DNA of 64,000 nt from Botryllus schlosseri (GCA_051294905.1 CM119378.1:806001-870000), one strand, 5' to 3'. Positions 28,501 to 41,345 are shown, counted from the first letter of the stretch. Notes: generated by a model not told the origin, from the letters alone. Numbers and translations: made by a program.

Positions 28501-28595
28501 GGCTCATGTTCGATTGTCCGTCGTTTTCATTCTAACCTCTCGTTTCAGATGACTTGGAGATCCTGAGTGAGGCCCTCAGTCGACTGTGCGCTTGA
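7532..28595 (+). CDS. PAH: Phenylalanine-4-hydroxylase-like aromatic amino acid hydroxylase, copy A (440 aa; ACT + catalytic + tetramerisation domains; diverged active site)
   Basis: Hand-assembled GT-AG exons in one frame: 7532-7552, 7614-7721, 8209-8392, 10554-10642, 10755-10822, 17811-17861, 17920-18065, 21301-21436, 21499-21625, 25210-25365, 28298-28487, 28549-28595 (1323 nt including TGA). Motifs: [39 protein letters not shown] (Fe ligands H285/H290, human numbering), YWFTVEFG (E330), [14 protein letters not shown]. Confidence 0.93.
9627..10133. mobile_element. MITE with GACTCGAGTC/GACTT subterminal repeats
   Basis: TIR CAGGGTTGTAA / TTACAACCCTG; duplicated CTTACTTC; empty site visible in the copy B intron at about 36921-36950. 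Confidence 0.8.
11223..12578. mobile_element. Non-autonomous hAT (Charlie-like) element with nested MITE
   Basis: TIR CAGGGGTGG / CCACCCCTG; TSD GCCTAGGC; transposase N-terminal-like relic (KKRKVEYE) near 11665-11800; nested MITE 12287-12464 with TSD CTTTATAT. Confidence 0.82.
13843..16793. mobile_element. hAT-type element with nested insertions
   Basis: TIR CAGGGTTGCCA / TGGCAACCCTG; TSD TTTATAAA; tgtccttattt subterminal repeats; nested element 14014-15221 (TIR CAGGGGTTCTCA, TSD GTGTAGCA) and the LINE 3' fragment. Confidence 0.82.
16040..16680 (+). mobile_element. 5'-truncated CR1/L2-type LINE (ORF2 C-terminal relic + 3' UTR), part of an abundant 3'-end family
   Basis: Degenerate [11 protein letters not shown] resembles YLEVAKFMYR of the intact ORF2. 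The 3' UTR core ggtgtctgatttc..gactactccaagtcgtttcgacacc recurs at about 7285-7460, 11060-11222 + 12579-12700, 13110-13470 (-), 33600-33708 + 34222-34420 (-), 47185-47330 and 62578-62860 (-). Confidence 0.7.
16794..17370 (+). mobile_element. Penelope-like element relic (GIY-YIG endonuclease end + terminal region)
   Basis: Removing the 13843-16793 insertion restores [16 protein letters not shown], followed by [11 protein letters not shown]...[11 protein letters not shown]...LCLQK. Related pieces at 12925-13095 (-), 28670-29075 (+) and 51175-51305 (+). Confidence 0.7.
18127..20717. mobile_element. hAT-type MITE with nested elements
   Basis: TIR CAGGGGTGTCAAAC / GTTTGACACCCCTG; TSD AATTAGAC; nested 18302-19988 (TIR CAGTGCTCTTCAACC, TSD ACATATAT), which itself contains a TAGGGTTACCA-family piece at about 18745-19153. 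Confidence 0.85.
22200..22560 (-). mobile_element. Highly degenerate LINE RT relic (RTE-like)
   Basis: Frameshifted minus-strand translation [14 protein letters not shown] resembles the EIKRRIAMAKAAF motif of RTE-type ORF2. Confidence 0.35.
22697..23873. mobile_element. hAT-type MITE with nested MITE
   Basis: TIR CTGGGGTGTCAAAC / TTTGACACCCCTG; TSD TTCT(A/G)AAT; nested 23287-23813 (TIR TAGGGCTGGGCA, TSD CCCGCGAG). Confidence 0.8.
25887..26835. mobile_element. MITE with GACTT/GACTCGAGTC subterminal arrays
   Basis: TIR CAGTGTTGGGAT / ATCCCAACACTG; TSD GTAATATC; a close inverted copy of its right end starts at 63067. Confidence 0.88.
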
Positions 28596-28669
28596 ATTTC
28601 GTGATTCGTCGATTAGAATATCTTTTGCCATGTTGTTAATGAAATCCTGCAAACGTTGTGTATAGTTGC

Positions 28670-29075
28670 ATGTCCCTAGATTCATTAGAACACGCGCATC
28701 GCATTCGGAGAAAAGCCCACCCTTGACTCATTCACTGAAACTTGATTCAGAACAGGCAAAGGCCATTAATTCTCTCATTGGCGAACATTTGTTTGATAAT
28801 CCTGTCCGTGTGTAGAATTATCGAGGCGACAGATTTCGCGTTGTTGGGAGAGGCCGTCCCCTCTTTCATTTGGAGTTGAGTTTTATCAAAATAGGCCAGC
28901 CAACTCTGCGCCAACAGAAGTAGTGCGTGTACCATCTAAAATAGTACATTGAGCTTGTGATATACAATGCTCTTTCCAATTCTAGTTGCTGACAATTACC
29001 CCAGACGAATATATTCGGTGTCATTTCATTATGAATATATTATTCAATTGTGTATTGAAGTTTTGTACCTCCAAC
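28670..29075 (+). mobile_element. Penelope-like relic immediately downstream of the copy A stop codon
   Basis: Aligns with 16878-17370 (gtccctagatt.attagaacacgcgcatcgc...gtgtaccatctaaaatag). Confidence 0.7.
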
Positions 29076-29917
29076 AAGCTCCCAGGCTATCGTTGTGGTC
29101 TCCGCCCTTTAGCGATGTGAGCAAGGAGTCAAAGCGATTCAGTTATGTTAAGAAATGGCAGCACAGCTGGCAAGGAAAAGAACACCGAATTATCAACACC
29201 GAGTTATCAATCGCACAAGTTGAGATGAATGAAGCAAGAAGAACCGCCTAATAAACAGGACAACCGAATAAAGATTAATATCGAAAAAAGTGTGCCATCG
29301 GGTACTATAGGGCCGAGGTGAATAGTGAAATGACGAGACCGCAACTGGTCGTATCGGCATCCTCCTATCTGTTCATTACATCGCATTGTGTCTTATGTAT
29401 CGCATGGCACATTGTGTGTGTCTTGATCGGATAAGAATATAACCTGACGATCATTGATTATATTACAACACTGTTAGTAATACGACTAGGGGTGACAAAG
29501 TTCGATTCGCGTTCGGTATGCCAACATTCCTTGATAATTCAGAGGTCCAAGCACTTTTCAGTCTTCGAAGTAATACGACCCGCGATTGTGCTGCGTTTCA
29601 TTGAGTTCAGTTTAATGATAATTTTATCAATCCAAAACACCGCATGATTGCTACACGAGTAAAACAACTGGAGGGAGTCTATCGACGTGGGACGGTCTTT
29701 CAATCAAACAAGCACCTTGGCCAGCAGATATTAATAAAATAACATGTAAATAGGAGGCATACACACAGAATGAAAATTAACTGAAGATAACATTAAAAGG
29801 TCGAAGGGACGAAAATGAAGTGACATATGTATCATTGCGTGTGTCAGATCGAGATCTGGTTGACCGCGAGCTGGCGTCGTCACACCACTTGTCAGACCCA
29901 AGTGTTATGGTCTAATC

Positions 29918-31353
29918 CAGTGCTTCCCAATATGCGATATCACAGGTGGGTCGCGAAAAATTTTCTAAATGTAATGATTTTCTATTCATTTTGCCTAATA
30001 TGCCAAACACCTCATCTTCTCACGATTAGACGGACAAATACCCGCGCGTATAAGTGCCGTAAGCCACTTTCCCGTGCTCACAATCATTCATGATGCAGGT
30101 TTGAAATTCATTTTCTTAAACAAATGCTTTGCGAACGTTGATTGGAAAATGCGATCCAACCCGATAACTAGGGCAAGTTTTTGCAACTTTTGCTACTTTT
30201 TTCACAGCATCCTACAGCTTCCTAGATACTCAGAATATATGTACTATGATATTTTAAGCTATTTCGAGGGATTTTATAGTGCAACTTTTTGCAACTCTTC
30301 CCTATTTTTCATACCAATTTTTACTGCAAATTTTATCAAATATTGCGTAAAAATGTAAAGGAGTGATTTAAAAACTTGCTATAAACTATTTCTAGTATGG
30401 TTCTATTCTCTTTGATTTGCATAACAATGAGTTATATGATGGGTTAGCTGCAACTCACTGTGGTATCTATGACACAATGGCTTGCAAGCAAAAAGTTCAA
30501 CTACCCCGCCAAGCACGGAAGTGTTCGAACAATATTTAAATAGATAACTTTATTGATGCAGTAGTTAAAATTTGAGGTAGTTTCCTATTTCACGAACGCC
30601 CAGGCGGGGGACGGCCGAAAATTACATTTTAGCTGGGTCACCTTATTCAGCCTATAGATTTTGTTAAAGTCGCCAAGATGAGTTTCTCTACAACGCCTTT
30701 GGTCAAGTTTGCAGACCTAAGGGATTTGGAGTGTTGTATTTGACATGTTTTAGGGGGAGGGGGTTATAGCTATGCGGTTTGACTTTTTGAGGGAAATTAT
30801 TCCCGCATTGCGTCATTTTCTCGCTATGTGCCGGTAAAAATGTAATTTCGTGCGTTAAATGGCAATAAAGTAACAAATTTGACAATTCTGTAGGAACTAG
30901 GTTATAGATCGGAACCTTTCGAGTATCTCATAACCTAATAATTTAACAAAAATTATAAATGCAACATTTTACTGCAACTTTCGGTAAAGATAAATGCAAC
31001 TTTCTCGCGATTTCAGTGCAACAAAAACTTGCCCTACCGATAACATATCAGCAAACAATCGCCGCGACGCTGGCTATACACGGAACACCTTTGTGTTCGA
31101 CATAAAAGACGAATTACTGCTTGAATACGTGCTATCTTGTTTGTAATCACGTGTATTCTTGTATGCTTGATACATTCGTCTTCTCGAATTGTCGCGCAAT
31201 TTCACTTGTGGGCGTCTAGTTGAACTTATTACTCAAACAACAGATTGTACGTCGTATCACGTTTTCATTCGTTCGGACATATCTCATGGTGGGTCGCTCA
31301 ATGAAAAATGTATCAAAAGTTGGTCGCAAACTGACAAAGGTTGGGAAGCACTG
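29918..31353. mobile_element. hAT-type MITE with nested MITE
   Basis: TIR CAGTGCTTCCCAA / TTGGGAAGCACTG with imperfect TSD; nested 30169-31036 (TIR TAGGGCAAGTTTTTG, TSD CCGATAAC). Confidence 0.8.
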
Positions 31354-32448
31354 ACCTAATCGGGCTCGCCTTCGAGTGCGACCCGACTTCGATATCGGAT
31401 ACATTTTCATCGGACTCAATCTCACTCTAGCTTGAAAGCCATAATTGCCGTATGAACCACGTCTCTCTCGGCTTATAAAGGTCCATAACAATCAATTTCC
31501 CATTGCTAAATGTGAACCGACCGAGTGACCGACATGATGCAAAACGCGATTCCGTGATTTTACTGATGCTCGCGTCAACCAGCCAACCGGCGCGCGTATA
31601 GATAAACACATATTTAACAATGTAAATTCGAGCATCGCCTTCGACAATAATCGGAATATGAATGATGCATAACACATAGAATCTGCAATTCACCTTATCA
31701 ATAAATATGCAATACGATGGTCTTCTGTAACACATCTGTATTTAATAAAGGTTCTATATTGCGAACATTTGGTGAAATGTGAAGTTTTTCCAGCATCTTT
31801 GATTAAAAACAGGAAAGAAAATTCATTCGAAACTTGATATAAACCTTGAATCATCCAAAATTATTCTGACTCCGAAGGATTTTGCCGTATATTTTGAAGT
31901 GATACCAAAAGAAGCCTTTAACGGAGACAAGACAATTCGGCGTCGCGCTAAATCAAGATTGCGATGAAGAAAAGATGTTGACTTGTGAGCATATAGCTTT
32001 AAATATCTCACCACTGACACGTCTACAGAAAATGATTTGAAGTACTTTATGTCTTGTGTTGGCAACAGTTGCTTTCTGGTATCAGACAGCATTATTTATA
32101 TGTCAATTGTCGAGAATTGAAACGTTTCATGCAGTGATAAAAATTATTTAGTTCAATCCGAGTCGGTTAACGTTTCAGGATCAGGCGATCTTCTCAAACA
32201 TTACCGAGACACTCGATTGTTAAGCAATCATGTGAGGCGTGATGTCACATCGGATGTCTGTCATGTTCCCAAGCTTATCGAGTGTGAACCTCTCTGACGT
32301 TTCTAGACAAATATATGGAATGAAAATGAACTCGATTACAGAGACATGCATTCGATTGGATTAGAAAATAGGCGTGTCACCTGCAGCTATCACAACAATC
32401 GGCTCTAAACGAGAACAGACTCGTGCCCTCACTTCCGGCATGCGTGCG

Positions 32449-33205
32449 TGGTCGCGAGAGCTGTGATCAGATCAGCGGCATATTATGTTGAGTTCTATGT
32501 TACGAGATACCTAAAATAAATGATAAGTAGAACTGCTTTTAAAAACGTGGATGGCTTCATCGCTTGATCATATAACTCTAGATAACTGACCTACAGACGT
32601 TAGTTATCTATAGTATAACTGCGCGCTCACAGTTCGTATCAGTTAATAGCCTGCAAATCTGTACTGGCAGGCCGCCAACGGACGTTTACTGATAGTTGTA
32701 TGCTCGAGATTGGAAGGATAATAGATATTGATTGAAATCTGCGATGTCGGAAACGGTTGCCCGAAATTTGAGCATGCTACATAATGATAAATGACAGTTG
32801 AGCGCGATGCTTCACCATGTGACTTTATAAACTCAACTCTATAACCCTAAATTTATCCCCCAAACCCAAGGGTCGCGTGCTCTTGGGCCGTATGCTTGAT
32901 TACTCATATGGACGTACATGTACGTGTACGTACATAGTACAATGTACTTGTGATAATCGAAGATCGGGTGAAACTTTGATTCTTTGCGAATTCAATTGAA
33001 ATTTAGTTCCTCTAAAGACATTAGGATGATAACAATTAGCTAACACGGAAAATTTAGATACTGTGCTGTGCATGTGCATTGTACAAACTAGTCGTCAGAA
33101 ACCAGGGGTCCGCGAGCCGTGCCGGTTCCCGAAAAGTTCATGTACTTTGGTGCAAGTTTATTGAAGGTTCAGAATCATAGTGGACAGGATCACTAATACA
33201 AATTT
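32449..33205 (+). promoter_or_regulatory. Non-coding block shared between the upstream regions of PAH copies A and B (candidate promoter / 5' region)
   Basis: Colinear with 1155-1830 (e.g. aagtagaactg.ttttaaaaa.gtggat.gcttcatcgcttg, tatgctcgagattggaaggat, ggaaaatttagatac, caggatcact). Confidence 0.5.
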
Positions 33206-33708
33206 AAGAGAACGAGTTAATGTATTTGATCATGCGGGCTACTTGGCATTCTTTCTTTACTAAAAATTGCTCTAACCTAAACCCAATGTATTTTATTGAG
33301 TTGTCGAGACTAGCAACGTAGAAATATTCTTATCACATTGTTTTCTCGAGTCTAGCAATGGCCTTTACAAACTGGCCGTGAAACATACGAGTGTCATTAA
33401 GCTCTGCAATTACTATGGTGCGGTCGCGGCAAAACAAGCCCAAGGCGCACATTGCATAACGAGCTACAATAAACCTTCAATGCTGAATATTCGTGTATTC
33501 GAGGACCGTTAACGCAATAAACATTTCGTTTTGAAACCAGTACGTGGAGCTAAACCGCTTGCAAGCCCGTCTATTAGATCCATCAGTTCAGTCGATTTAT
33601 TGAAATTTGAATCAGATCAAAACAGGATTGAGATATAATGAACAGATAGGAGGGTGTGGAAACGACTTGGAGTAGTCTTTTAATCAGACGCCCACCTTGG
33701 CCTATAGG

Positions 33709-34221
33709 TAGGGCTGGGCACAATGATTCGAGTACTCGAATCTGAATCGAGTATTAACTTTAATGATTCGAGTCGAGTAGTAAAAGTCGATTTTTTCGAG
33801 TACTGAAATTATACGTTCCTCGCCACTGGAAGGCAATTTGTCAACGAGAATTATAATTCCGATACTAATTTCCTTTGTGGATGCCTTGAAACCTTGATTG
33901 GACGTATCGCAGCATACGAAACATATAGTACAAGACTAACGCTACAGAAAATAACACATTTCCAAAATTAAGATCATCCCACAACATTGTCACAAAGTGC
34001 AAAGAAATCCAAATGGTTAAAAAATACCGGAGTATCTGTAATGTGACGGAATACAGGCATCATATTCTTTGTGGTAGCATAAAAAGTGCTCAGTTGATCT
34101 TTGACATATGACATTCTGTTATGACGTCATAATGTCTGATACTCGAATATTCGATTCGACTCGATGCATATTACGTGATTCAGAATCAAATCACTCATGT
34201 ACTCGATTTTGCCTAGCCCTA
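33709..34221. mobile_element. MITE (TAGGGCTGGGCA family)
   Basis: TSD CCTATAGG; colinear with 23287-23813; older relatives at equivalent intron-3 positions of copy A (about 9137-9480) and copy B (about 36125-36570). Confidence 0.85.
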
Positions 34222-34631
34222 CCTATAGGTCATGTAAATAAGAGACAGGCGTACGGTACTGGATTTTGTAAGTAATAAAAGGTAACATAAAAGGCCAAAC
34301 GATGAGTGTGGCATGTGTCGGTAGGCGAGATCGGTATGACAGATCGTGTTTCGGTATTTTGAAGGCTGTTCAGAGTTCAGTATTTATTCAGTAGAGACTG
34401 CTTGTATTTCGACTTGAATGTGGCCACGCACCAGTCGCTTGTGATTTGCTGTGATAATCTCTTCAGACGATTCCAACCAGTCGTACGTGACAAATGAGTT
34501 GACACGAAACAGCGAACAAGCAATTATAAAGCGCCCTGAAGCCAAAAAGAAAAGCTATTCCCTTAACTATACTTTTGTTATGAACAGTTCATAATCAGTG
34601 ACGAATTCTATCGGCTCACGCAATTCGCAAC

Positions 34632-37600
34632 ATGGACGGGAAATCGCGCAAGGTGAGAAATGTCGTGTTATCGGCAGCGTCAACAGGTGAAAGATTAGCG
34701 AACTCTGTTCCAGGAATCCGCATACGTCGAAGACCGAGCTGCCGCCACTGGACTCACGGATCTCATCTTCTCGGTGAAGGAAGAAGTCGGTGCTTTGGCG
34801 AAAGCTCTCAAACTATTCGAGGTAAAGATGTTGACGCTGCAGCGAAAGGTTTCATGTTTCATAATTTGCATGAGGTCGGAAATAGCGGAAGGATGCGCAA
34901 ACCAGAAATGGCCACGATCATCGACTTTCAGTTAGGTTATTTTCTCGGAGAACAAGCGACGAAATTTGATATATTTCTGGGCCGCAGCGCGGTGTCTGGA
35001 AGCGGTCATTGTAATGACAGCCAGCCAGTCATTTTGTTGAAATTTTCATAGCATCAAAACACCACAAAATTACGATGCACTGAAAAGACAGCAGAACGTC
35101 GTAATGACCAGGACCTTGGTCAGAGCAAGATTTCTTGACCTGGGGTCCTTGAAATAGAGTTATGCAGATGCGGTCAAAGTGATCATCGTCGGAACTCAAG
35201 TACAAGTAGAAGTAACGCCGTAAATTTCTTCTCGAGTAGAACTAAAAGAAGCGATTTACACTTGAGTAAAAAAGTAAGTATTCTGGACCTTGTTATTTAG
35301 AAGTAGACGTAGTCTAACAAGTAGCCATAACAATTTGAGGCAGCCGTGCAAGTAGGCAAAATCTACTAGAAATATTTAAAAAGGTAGAAGTACACACTGA
35401 CTCCTCTGGTTTAAGGAGTGCATGAAAGGCCAATGTCGAAACTACAACTATAAAACTACATTGTTATTCATTATATTTGTCCTCATTCCCAACCTTTATT
35501 TAGTCACCAGGTAGCTTTGCAGTCAATTTGAACTTTGTTTAGCCAACCCTGGTTGTGTAATTCAATGAATATATAAATAGGGGGCCTACACAACCACCAA
35601 AAAAGTTTCGGACCCGCTAACAAAAACGTTTAGAAACACTGGTTTTAAGCGAGTAAATAAAAGGCATCCAAACTGGATAAACGTGACAACAAATTTTTAG
35701 ACGAAAGTCGCATGCACACTGGATAAAAAGCGACAAATAATTTTTCAGACGAAGGGTGTGAATCTGACTCACATCGAATCGCGGCCCTCCCGAAGCAACG
35801 ACCGACAATACGAATTCTTTGTGACGTGCCAATGCACCAACGGCGTCATCAATGACGTGGTCGAGCTCCTCAAAACAGAGATGGGCGCCACGGTGCTGCA
35901 GTTGTCGCGTGACAAGATGACAGCGGACGCGAGTGAGTCGATAAATGAAATATGTTCGCGTATAGTCGGTATCATAGATGTCAAAAATGAAATCGTCGTT
36001 TCTTTGAACGGCGCATTTGATCATTCGACATTTCATGACACAACTATCACAGTTGCTATAAATAAGACTGTGACGGACTAAAATCACGTTTTCAATTGAT
36101 GATGTCCCTGTTAAGTACATTCACCAGGGCAGGTCACAACGATTCGACTACTGGAATTCGAATCCAGTACATGTTGTTATGCTTCGAGTTGAGTGCTGAT
36201 CTTCGATTCCTGAAATCCTTTCAACTAAGAGTTCTTTATTCTAGGATAATTCTATTTTCGATGCCTTTTTCTTACGTGGAAGCTTTCAAAGCTCAATTGG
36301 TCGTATAGCAGCATCCAATACACGTAGTACAAAGCTATGCACATCAGTGGTAATGGTATTTCTGTGAAGTCGTGATCAACCCACAACATTGCCACAAAGT
36401 GCAATGCAATGGCTGGTCGAAAATACCCAAGTATCTTCATGAGTTGTAGAACTGACACGATTTCCTATCTGGAAACACAAAAGATCTATATTTGAAAACT
36501 TCCGCTCCTTGTCGTAATGAATGGTACTCTGATTAATATCACTCATGTATTCGATTTTGCCCATCCCGACCTATCACACGTTTGAACGGAACGGTTTCTT
36601 TTCAAGGTGGCTCTTCGGAGAAAGTTCGTTCCGAGCTTCCGGATTTATCAAAAACCGGTAAACCGCCTGGTTACGTTGACGTCATCGGGTGTTGGAATTG
36701 CTTCGTGTGGCTTCGTCGCTTTTCTGTTAACTGCGAGTCTGTTCGACTGCATGCACGAACGGAGCAATTCTGCTCTGTTGGACCACGAGTCGCTTCAAAG
36801 CCGAAATTCTTGCTAAAACCAATTAATTGCCAAAAGTATGCGACCCATCAACCATATCTACTTCTTGTAACTCAAGTCTTCAATTTCTATTGTCCCTCGA
36901 AGCGGTCTTGACATGCTTTTGAAATCGTTACTTACTTCCACTTGTACTTGAGTAGAAATTTACGGCGTTACTTCTAGTCCTATGCGAGTACCGACGATGG
37001 CTACTTCCATTACCTCCAGCTGTCGTCGCGGGGTCGATTCAAGCCATGACTTGAGCCATCGCTATAGCAATGAACTACTTCTAGTACTACGTCCAGAAGT
37101 AACGCTTGATGCATAATCGGAATGTCTCAATGAATAGCACTCACCAATAAGCGGTTATCAATGCTAGAATTTTCGCTGTAATCACTTGAGCGTTTCCTTC
37201 CGGCTCTGAATGTGCTCTGAACTTTGAAATCCAGCCCAACACCGAAAAAGGCTGAGAACCACTGGCTAAGATTGCATTTAGAATACTTCGTCAGTTTTTA
37301 GACTATTAAGACTTACGATGTACATTTTGTATGTTGAAAAGTAGCAAGTGGTTTGGGAATAAGTTTGCGTCACTTTTATGAGAGATGTGAGTGTGAATCG
37401 GTGTCTGAACTTTCGTCTCTTCACTTCTAGCTTCCTCCATGCCTGGATGATCGTCCACAGACGCCACGTTAATCACTAATCTCTTAACAGCTCCGTGGTT
37501 CCCGAGGACCATCAGAGATCTCGACCAGTTCGCGAACCAGATTCTCAGCTACGGATCCGAGCTGGACTCTGACCACCCGGTGAGAGTTCACGACACGAAC

Positions 37601-40600
37601 GACCTTGTCCGAATGATATAATTTGACACAGTTTCCTTCACCCCCTCTGGCGAACGGAAAGGTTAAATCCAACATTATGCATTCCTTTTAGGGCTTCACC
37701 GACGAAACTTACCGCGCCAGACGAAAACAATTCGCTGACATCGCTTACAATTACAAACAGTAAGTGTTTTTTGTCGATACCTCTCTGGTTTGTTTCTCTT
37801 CGCCCACTCAATAAATGATTTGATGGCTCTTCACCTAGACATGCCGATTTGTAGACAGTCCCTCGAGTGGCCTGCTTCGCCATTTGATCGGGAGTCAAAG
37901 CATTCATCGATGATAGTAGACTAAGTAAAAAATAAAGCGTAGTTTTTCCACAAATATAAAAACTGTGAAGTAGAAGTGGAAGTATTACAAAACTAAAACC
38001 GCATAGGCAAGAAGTCAAAGCCTACTTGAGTATACTCCGAAAAAGTTGAAGTTACTCGTTACTGACCACCTTCGCGTTTACCGATCCGAAATCTAAACAA
38101 ATTTCCTAATTTCAGCGGCCAACCGATACCGAGAGTCGAGTATACAGAGCAAGAAATCAAGACATGGTCGGTGCATATCGCGTCGCAAATGATCCACATC
38201 GACTGACTCGCTATATTGTTGCAGGGGGACCATTCTGAGAAACTTGATGGATTTGTATCCGACGCACGCGTGCAGAGAATTCAACCGCATCTTCCCGATT
38301 CTTCAAGAGCAATGCGGCTTCCGAGAAGACAACATACCGCAGCTGGAGGAGGTGTCGCAGTTTCTACAAAGTGCGTCGAGAAACTAGATTATTCTAATTT
38401 ATAATTAGAATGATTAGAGCTACGTGCCAGTAGTTAATTTTATTCTGATTTGTGAAATGTTTCTAAAATTCTAATCTATAATTTCTGATTTTCCTGAAAA
38501 TACCACAGGAGAACAGTATAGTGCGAAATGAGTCAAGTTCGGTGTACACTGTACAGACATTTCAATTATCATATTTATAAGAATAAACTTTGATTTGATA
38601 TGAACTTGATTTCGTTGCATTTCTTTCTAATCCGGAACTGAATCCAATTTCAAAGTGTTTTTGCGAATTCAGCGATTCTAAGTCTATTCTAATCTGGGAA
38701 AAGACTATAGCTATGATTTTCATTTTAATTTAATTTGGAAATTCTTGAAATAAACTCTGGCCATCGATTTCAGGAAGCACTGGTTGGCGCATCCGTCCCG
38801 TGGCAGGCCTTCTTTCGTCACGTGACTTTCTCGCAGGCTTGGCTTTCCGCGTTTTCCATGCGACGCAGTACATCCGCCATTGGTCGAAACCTCTCTACAC
38901 CCCAGAACCGTGAGTTGTCGCTCGGGCATACGCATAATTTCAGTTTAAAATTACTAGTTTTTGAGCTCAGGGATATTTGTCATGAACTGATTGGTCACGT
39001 TCCGTTGTTCGCCGACCCCTCGTTCGCGCGCTTTTCACAAGAAGTCGGTCTGGCTTCGCTAGGCGCGCCAGATGATTGGATCGAAAAACTGGCCACGGTG
39101 AGTCGTTGTTCAAGGTGGAGACACCCATGGTCTTGATTCTTGACTTCTGACTTTATGACTTTTACTTTCCGAGTATAAATCTTCTTTTTTTAGTATCAGT
39201 GCCACAGTACGAGACCACTTTCTAAATAGGTTCACACCAGTTGCTATTAACAAATTTGGCGTTCTGGTCGCAAGGTATAACATTATCATTACAACCCGGC
39301 TGATATTATCGAGTCGATACCACACTTAGTAAGATATCGGCCATTAGAGGTAAAAATATGTCGGCAATTCTGATAACGTCACAATATGAGAATAGGGAGT
39401 CAGACGGCGTGCTATAGTTCCTTGGTATAAGGTGCTATAGTTAGGGTTGCATTTAAACAAACGGTTCTTTAAAACATTTTGTTTAAAACATGTTTCAAAC
39501 GGTGTTTTAAACAAATACCTTTTAAAAAATATTGAGTTTTTTTATCTAGTAAAATTATGCCATAATTGTGTAAATACTTCCCAAGAAACATGTTGTATAA
39601 GCCTACGGACACTTACCACCCGATTTAGCCGACGTATATCGATATGGGATGGTTGGAACCCTCAAAATAGTCGGTTCAACAATGATAGTACATATATTTC
39701 ATCGAAGGAGCTATATTTACCCTATATTTTCAATCGTCAATGTCAAATCATTATGACGCCACCATTGAATGTTCGTGACGTCATGGCTTGATAAAAAAAG
39801 CCTTTTTTTAAACATGTTCTTTTTAATTGATTTTTGTTTTAGATGGAACCCTAGCTATAGTTATTACTTTTATAGGTATAGACTCAAAATCCGATATGCA
39901 ACCTTAGCGAGAAGAGTATGTATTCACACCCAAAGGACCCAAAAGGGTGGTACATGAAAACAGATCCTAACCCAGAATTATATCGCGGTCATAAATCCTA
40001 AGTGTCTGCGTGCCTGCATAATTTGGATTAAAATATTGCACTCGATTTATAAGTCTGAGCTAGAGTCTGGTTTGGAGTGCCATGGGTGTATATTCACACC
40101 CGTATATCATGGGTGCTATACGGGTGGAAATACACATTCTGTTCGCTCAGTGTCGGTCAGGCTCTATTGCCATATCTGTTTACGAAGGTTCGATAAATTG
40201 CTAGCCCTCTCTGTTCATCCAATCGCGCAGTAGCGTGTTTCGCATCTATCGTAAGTTAGTTTTCTATAATACAGTATGAATGCCATGATTTCAGTGCTAC
40301 TGGTTCACGGTCGAGTTCGGTGTCTGCCGACAAGACGGTCAGTTAAGGGCGTACGGAGCAGGGTTGTTGTCGTCGTTCGGAGAACTCAAGTATTGTCTCT
40401 CGGATAAACCGGAGATGAGAGAGTTCGACCCGGAGAAGACCGGGGTTCAGGTAGAATTTTCAATTCCAGAAATCTCTTCATTTCGTCATACCGGCGTAAA
40501 CAGCATCGACTTTGGGAAGTTTCTGGACTATAGGCCTACTGCTTCGAAGTGTGAAAAGTTATACTAAAATATATTACAGAGTTGGTCTATAATGCGTTTG

Positions 40601-41345
40601 GTGATGTTGAATGAAGATGCTTACTCTTGTAATACAAGATCCTCCCCCAAGAGAAATATGTAATTATGTCCACCAAATAGTAACCTAGCAAAGAGATCTA
40701 TTGACTATAGGCCTACTCACTCAGCAATACACGCTCGTCACAAGTATAATTGCAGTATGATAGATTTTAAAAAGATTGACTTGATTATGTTTTATCGTTA
40801 TGTTGACACTGAGGGATACCCGACTTAGCCATACTTTGCTTCCAATTTTATATATTTGCGGCTATAAGTTACCTAGAATTACTATTAATGTATATTAGAC
40901 AGTGTAGTCCTGCTTGTGTGACCAGTATAGTTTACATTTAACGTCGTATTGACCATTATCAACCGATACGAAGTATTTTTGTGTCATTATTGTGGCTGAT
41001 TGTTTGTCATTTATTTCTGTAAGTGAAAACAAAACTCTCTGTCTCTCAAGCCATACCCCATCACGGAATACCAGCCCATTTATTACGTCACTGAAAGCTT
41101 CGAAGACACGAAGACGAAACTGCAGAAATTCTGCGACCAAATCCCGAGGCCCTTCGTCGCCAAATACAATCCGTACACGCTGGAAGTGGAGATGCTCGAT
41201 AATAAAGATAAGATCTTGAATCACGCCGCCAAGCTAAAAGGTGCCGATATTTGAGAGAAACTTTTGCCGGTGGCCTTCACTCTTATCTCTTTTTCCAGAC
41301 GACTTTGAGATCCTGAGGGAGGCCGTCAGTCGACTGTGCGCTTGA
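34632..41345 (+). CDS. PAH: Phenylalanine-4-hydroxylase, copy B (440 aa; canonical residues)
   Basis: Exons 34632-34652, 34714-34821, 35749-35932, 37491-37579, 37692-37759, 38116-38166, 38225-38370, 38774-38909, 38971-39097, 40295-40450, 41051-41240, 41299-41345; all GT-AG and in frame. PAH-type motifs intact: [88 protein letters not shown]. Confidence 0.95.

Noticed and set aside
7532..28595. Copy A as a pseudogene or as an allelic assembly duplicate of B
   Set aside because: All 12 exons are in frame with GT-AG sites, and the many coding differences plus different TE content look too large for simple allelism, though this cannot be fully excluded without read data.
31810..32100. Open frames on both strands between copies A and B
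   Set aside because: No recognisable domain and no consistent splice partners; cannot support a gene.
35617..36120. Longer ORF-track entries antisense or out of frame to real exons (e.g. 35617-36120, 34632-35051, 42190-42633, 59501-59944)
   Set aside because: Shadows of PAH exons or the LINE ORF2, or intron read-through; no independent protein motifs.
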